The notes beneath the pieces are model-generated. The model was not told the origin of the DNA. It saw nothing but the letters and a program-made list of their open reading frames with translations, and searched no databases. From Candidatus Levyibacteriota bacterium (GTDB taxonomy: Bacteria; Patescibacteriota; Microgenomatia; Levybacterales; UBA12049), in assembly GCA_016186625.1 (NCBI GenBank), contig JACPLG010000016.1, positions 1 to 38,649 of the forward strand: a stretch of 38,649 bases of DNA, in the 5' to 3' direction. Below, piece after piece: positions 36,523 to 38,649 of the stretch (position 1 is the first letter of the stretch; every line of letters starts with the position of its first letter). Made by a program: the position numbers and the translations under genes.

Positions 36523-38649
36523 TTAATTCCCCCTCGGTGCGACTTCCTGGATGATGTAGTTGGAGAAGCGGATCAGTTCTGGAGAGTTAAGGACAAAATC
36601 AGGTCTGTAGATTACTTTAACAGCGGGACACTGCTTGTTAAGATCTTCCCCAAGGTCTCTTTTTCTGTCTATATTTTTGTTAGAAAGACCGGCATTAGCA
36701 ATAATATTTCCTTCAATAGTTAGTGCTGAATCAAGACCTGAGGAAGCCTTAGCAAAGATAAAGTTACCATCTGCTGAATATATTCCTTCTATTCGGGTCA
36801 CTGTGGGTGCAACCGTAATATTGCCGCTTACTATAAAGTATGCAGTTATTCCGGCTGGAACAACTATGTTTCTTGCAATTGTAAGGTTCCCGTCAATTAA
36901 GAAAATATAGTCTCCTCCCGGTGTGGTAGTTGGGAAAGTGTACGCTCCTCCTATAAGAGTTACGTTTCCGGTATTTCTGTAGTTTCCCGGGGCAAGATCC
37001 CCCTTTAGAGTACAGTTGGTTCCGCTTCCTTCATTACAGGCTCTGGTTGTGTCTGTTGGTGAGAACATGGGTTTTATTGGCTGTCTTGATTTCTCAATAA
37101 TGCTTTTTACATAAGGATATGAAGTTTTAATTGTGCCTGCACGTGAAGGAGTGAAGGGGCTTAAAGTATCAAGCCATAGTTTTATATTTGCCTTTGTTCT
37201 TGGGTGGGCTCCTGTATCTGAGAAGATGGGACTTGTTCCTGTGAATACTACTCCTGCTGAGAGTTTGGTATCTTGCTCGGAAGAGACAAATGGCTGGGTT
37301 GATGGGCTGCAAACATCAACAGTTCCAGGGGGGACTACATTTTTAAGGCTGTCTCTGTCAAGTCTTACGTCTCCTCCAACGGATTGGAACCAGGAAGCAA
37401 CAGGTTCCTCCCTAATCCCAAAATTAACACCCTGCATACTTCCGGCACTACAATTTGTATCTCCTCCAACTGAGGCACATGTTGGGCCTAAATTAAAAGT
37501 AAGAGAATAAGGAGAAATGGAAGGGAATGTTGCTCTATAGCCTGCAGGAGGCCCAGAGTATGTTACGGTGTAGCTTCCTTCCACAAGTGTTTGGGGAGTA
37601 GTGAATCCAGTGCCAGGGGAAGATGAGAAATTGCCAACTCCTGATATATTTACAGTGCCACTTGTGTAGTTTTCTCCAGGATCTTTTCTACCATTGCCAT
37701 CAGTTGGCTCCGAGATCCCATCATTATCATCATCTATAAATACTCCTCCTTGGATAAAATAGGTTGATCCTGCTGGGACAGAGGTTATGTAGAAATGTTG
37801 ACCTTGAAGATCCCCACATCCCAGTCTAACACTCTTTGAATTTCCTCCAACAACTCTATGTCCGCTTCTTATTCCATCAGATCCTACTGTGTCAACAGAA
37901 ACTGTATAAGCTTTATTGTGATTAATATTGGTTGATAATCCACCAACAGAGTATCTTCCGTTAGAAGTATTAGTTAAATCACTTCCTACAACATTTCCCT
38001 GGGCATCTCGGATCCTTATTCTTACGCTTTTTCCCGTGGGAGGAATATATGACTCAATATCGCTTCCACCGCCTGATCCATCAGGATCCCAGAAGAGACG
38101 GCCTGAAATTGAGTATTCTCTCCAGTTGAGCCTGAAATTAACATTTGTATTAGGAACCTTTATATTTTCCTTAACCCAGGGAGTGTTGTCACTAGAGTTG
38201 GGAACATAAACACAGCTGTCTATTTTATTTCCATCAGAAAAAGTAAAGTCATCTCCTGTTCTTGATAACCTTATATCCTGAATGCTTCTTGGCCCAAAGG
38301 CAGGGAGATTGTTAAATCTGTAGTTTCCCTGGGCATTGGTAAGATCACTGTTACTCTGGTTCCAGGTACTCGCATCGTCATTTTTTCTGACTACCCGGGC
38401 TCCATCTGTGTAAGGATTTCCGCTGGGAAGAAGAACTTGCCCTGCAATTGGGCCGGTACAATTCCCTCCGCACTGGGAACCGGAAAAGCAGTTGGCAATG
38501 TTTCCAACCTGACACTGTTTTTCTACGCACGCTCCATTGTCTGTACAGCCATAATTCTGTTCGCACCGACCACTGCTACAGACCTGAGTCCCCGGACAAC
38601 TTCCGCAGTTTCTAACATTTCCACAGCCATCAGTAAAACTCCCACACTG
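36523..38649 (-). CDS. Large Cys-rich surface/adhesin-like protein; 5'-truncated by window edge
   Basis: Frame is open from 38649 (QCGSFTDGCGNVRNCGSCPG...), with SdrD-B-like motif GVFIDDDNDG...DPGE and a beta-rich C-terminal domain; the ORF track shows only the last 353 aa. Confidence 0.8.
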   Translation of the reverse strand, partial: QCGSFTDGCGNVRNCGSCPGTQVCSSGRCEQNYGCTDNGACVEKQCQVGNIANCFSGSQCGGNCTGPIAGQVLLPSGNPYTDGARVVRKNDDASTWNQSNSDLTNAQGNYRFNNLPAFGPRSIQDIRLSRTGDDFTFSDGNKIDSCVYVPNSSDNTPWVKENIKVPNTNVNFRLNWREYSISGRLFWDPDGSGGGSDIESYIPPTGKSVRIRIRDAQGNVVGSDLTNTSNGRYSVGGLSTNINHNKAYTVSVDTVGSDGIRSGHRVVGGNSKSVRLGCGDLQGQHFYITSVPAGSTYFIQGGVFIDDDNDGISEPTDGNGRKDPGENYTSGTVNISGVGNFSSSPGTGFTTPQTLVEGSYTVTYSGPPAGYRATFPSISPYSLTFNLGPTCASVGGDTNCSAGSMQGVNFGIREEPVASWFQSVGGDVRLDRDSLKNVVPPGTVDVCSPSTQPFVSSEQDTKLSAGVVFTGTSPIFSDTGAHPRTKANIKLWLDTLSPFTPSRAGTIKTSYPYVKSIIEKSRQPIKPMFSPTDTTRACNEGSGTNCTLKGDLAPGNYRNTGNVTLIGGAYTFPTTTPGGDYIFLIDGNLTIARNIVVPAGITAYFIVSGNITVAPTVTRIEGIYSADGNFIFAKASSGLDSALTIEGNIIANAGLSNKNIDRKRDLGEDLNKQCPAVKVIYRPDFVLNSPELIRFSNYIIQEVAPRGN

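Noticed and set aside
752-38566. Numerous short antisense or overlapping ORFs in the track
   Set aside because: They lie within well-supported genes and have no motifs; treated as shadow ORFs.
1-38649. tRNA/tmRNA integration target or rRNA genes
   Set aside because: No cloverleaf or rRNA-like sequence seen by eye in the intergenic gaps; the island boundaries map to ftsZ instead.

Overview
AT-rich bacterial DNA in the standard code. Gene content (minimal FtsQ, PaaX/Cas2-like gene, DUF5678/aspartyl protease pair, Cys-rich giant surface protein, many leaderless-type starts) suggests a CPR/Patescibacteria (Microgenomates-like) genome; this is inference. There are three blocks. (1) 1-19063 (+): a surface glycan locus with a >1449-aa four-domain GT2-GT2-flippase-GT4 fusion, a GT4, three paralogous GT2s, deacetylase, acetyltransferase, kinase-like protein, two GT-C enzymes, two hydrolase-like proteins and a sortase with an adjacent LASTG substrate. 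(2) About 20150-30080: an accessory region directly downstream of ftsZ. (3) 30046-38649 (-): the dcw cluster (mraY-ftsW-murG[split]-ftsQ-like-ftsA-ftsZ) and a 5'-truncated surface protein. Main finding: the DNA encoding the conserved FtsZ C-terminal peptide ([10 protein letters not shown]) occurs three times, with only synonymous differences, plus one or two decayed copies. These copies partition the accessory region into a toxin-antitoxin-only cassette, a 7-kb tyrosine-integrase island and an older 2-kb segment, consistent with serial site-specific integration into the 3' end of ftsZ. Other signals: a PaaX/Cas2-like gene bracketed by identical 28-bp palindromic repeats, a multi-hairpin leader RNA in the island, and two inverted copies of a 120-bp periodic element in dcw intergenic gaps.
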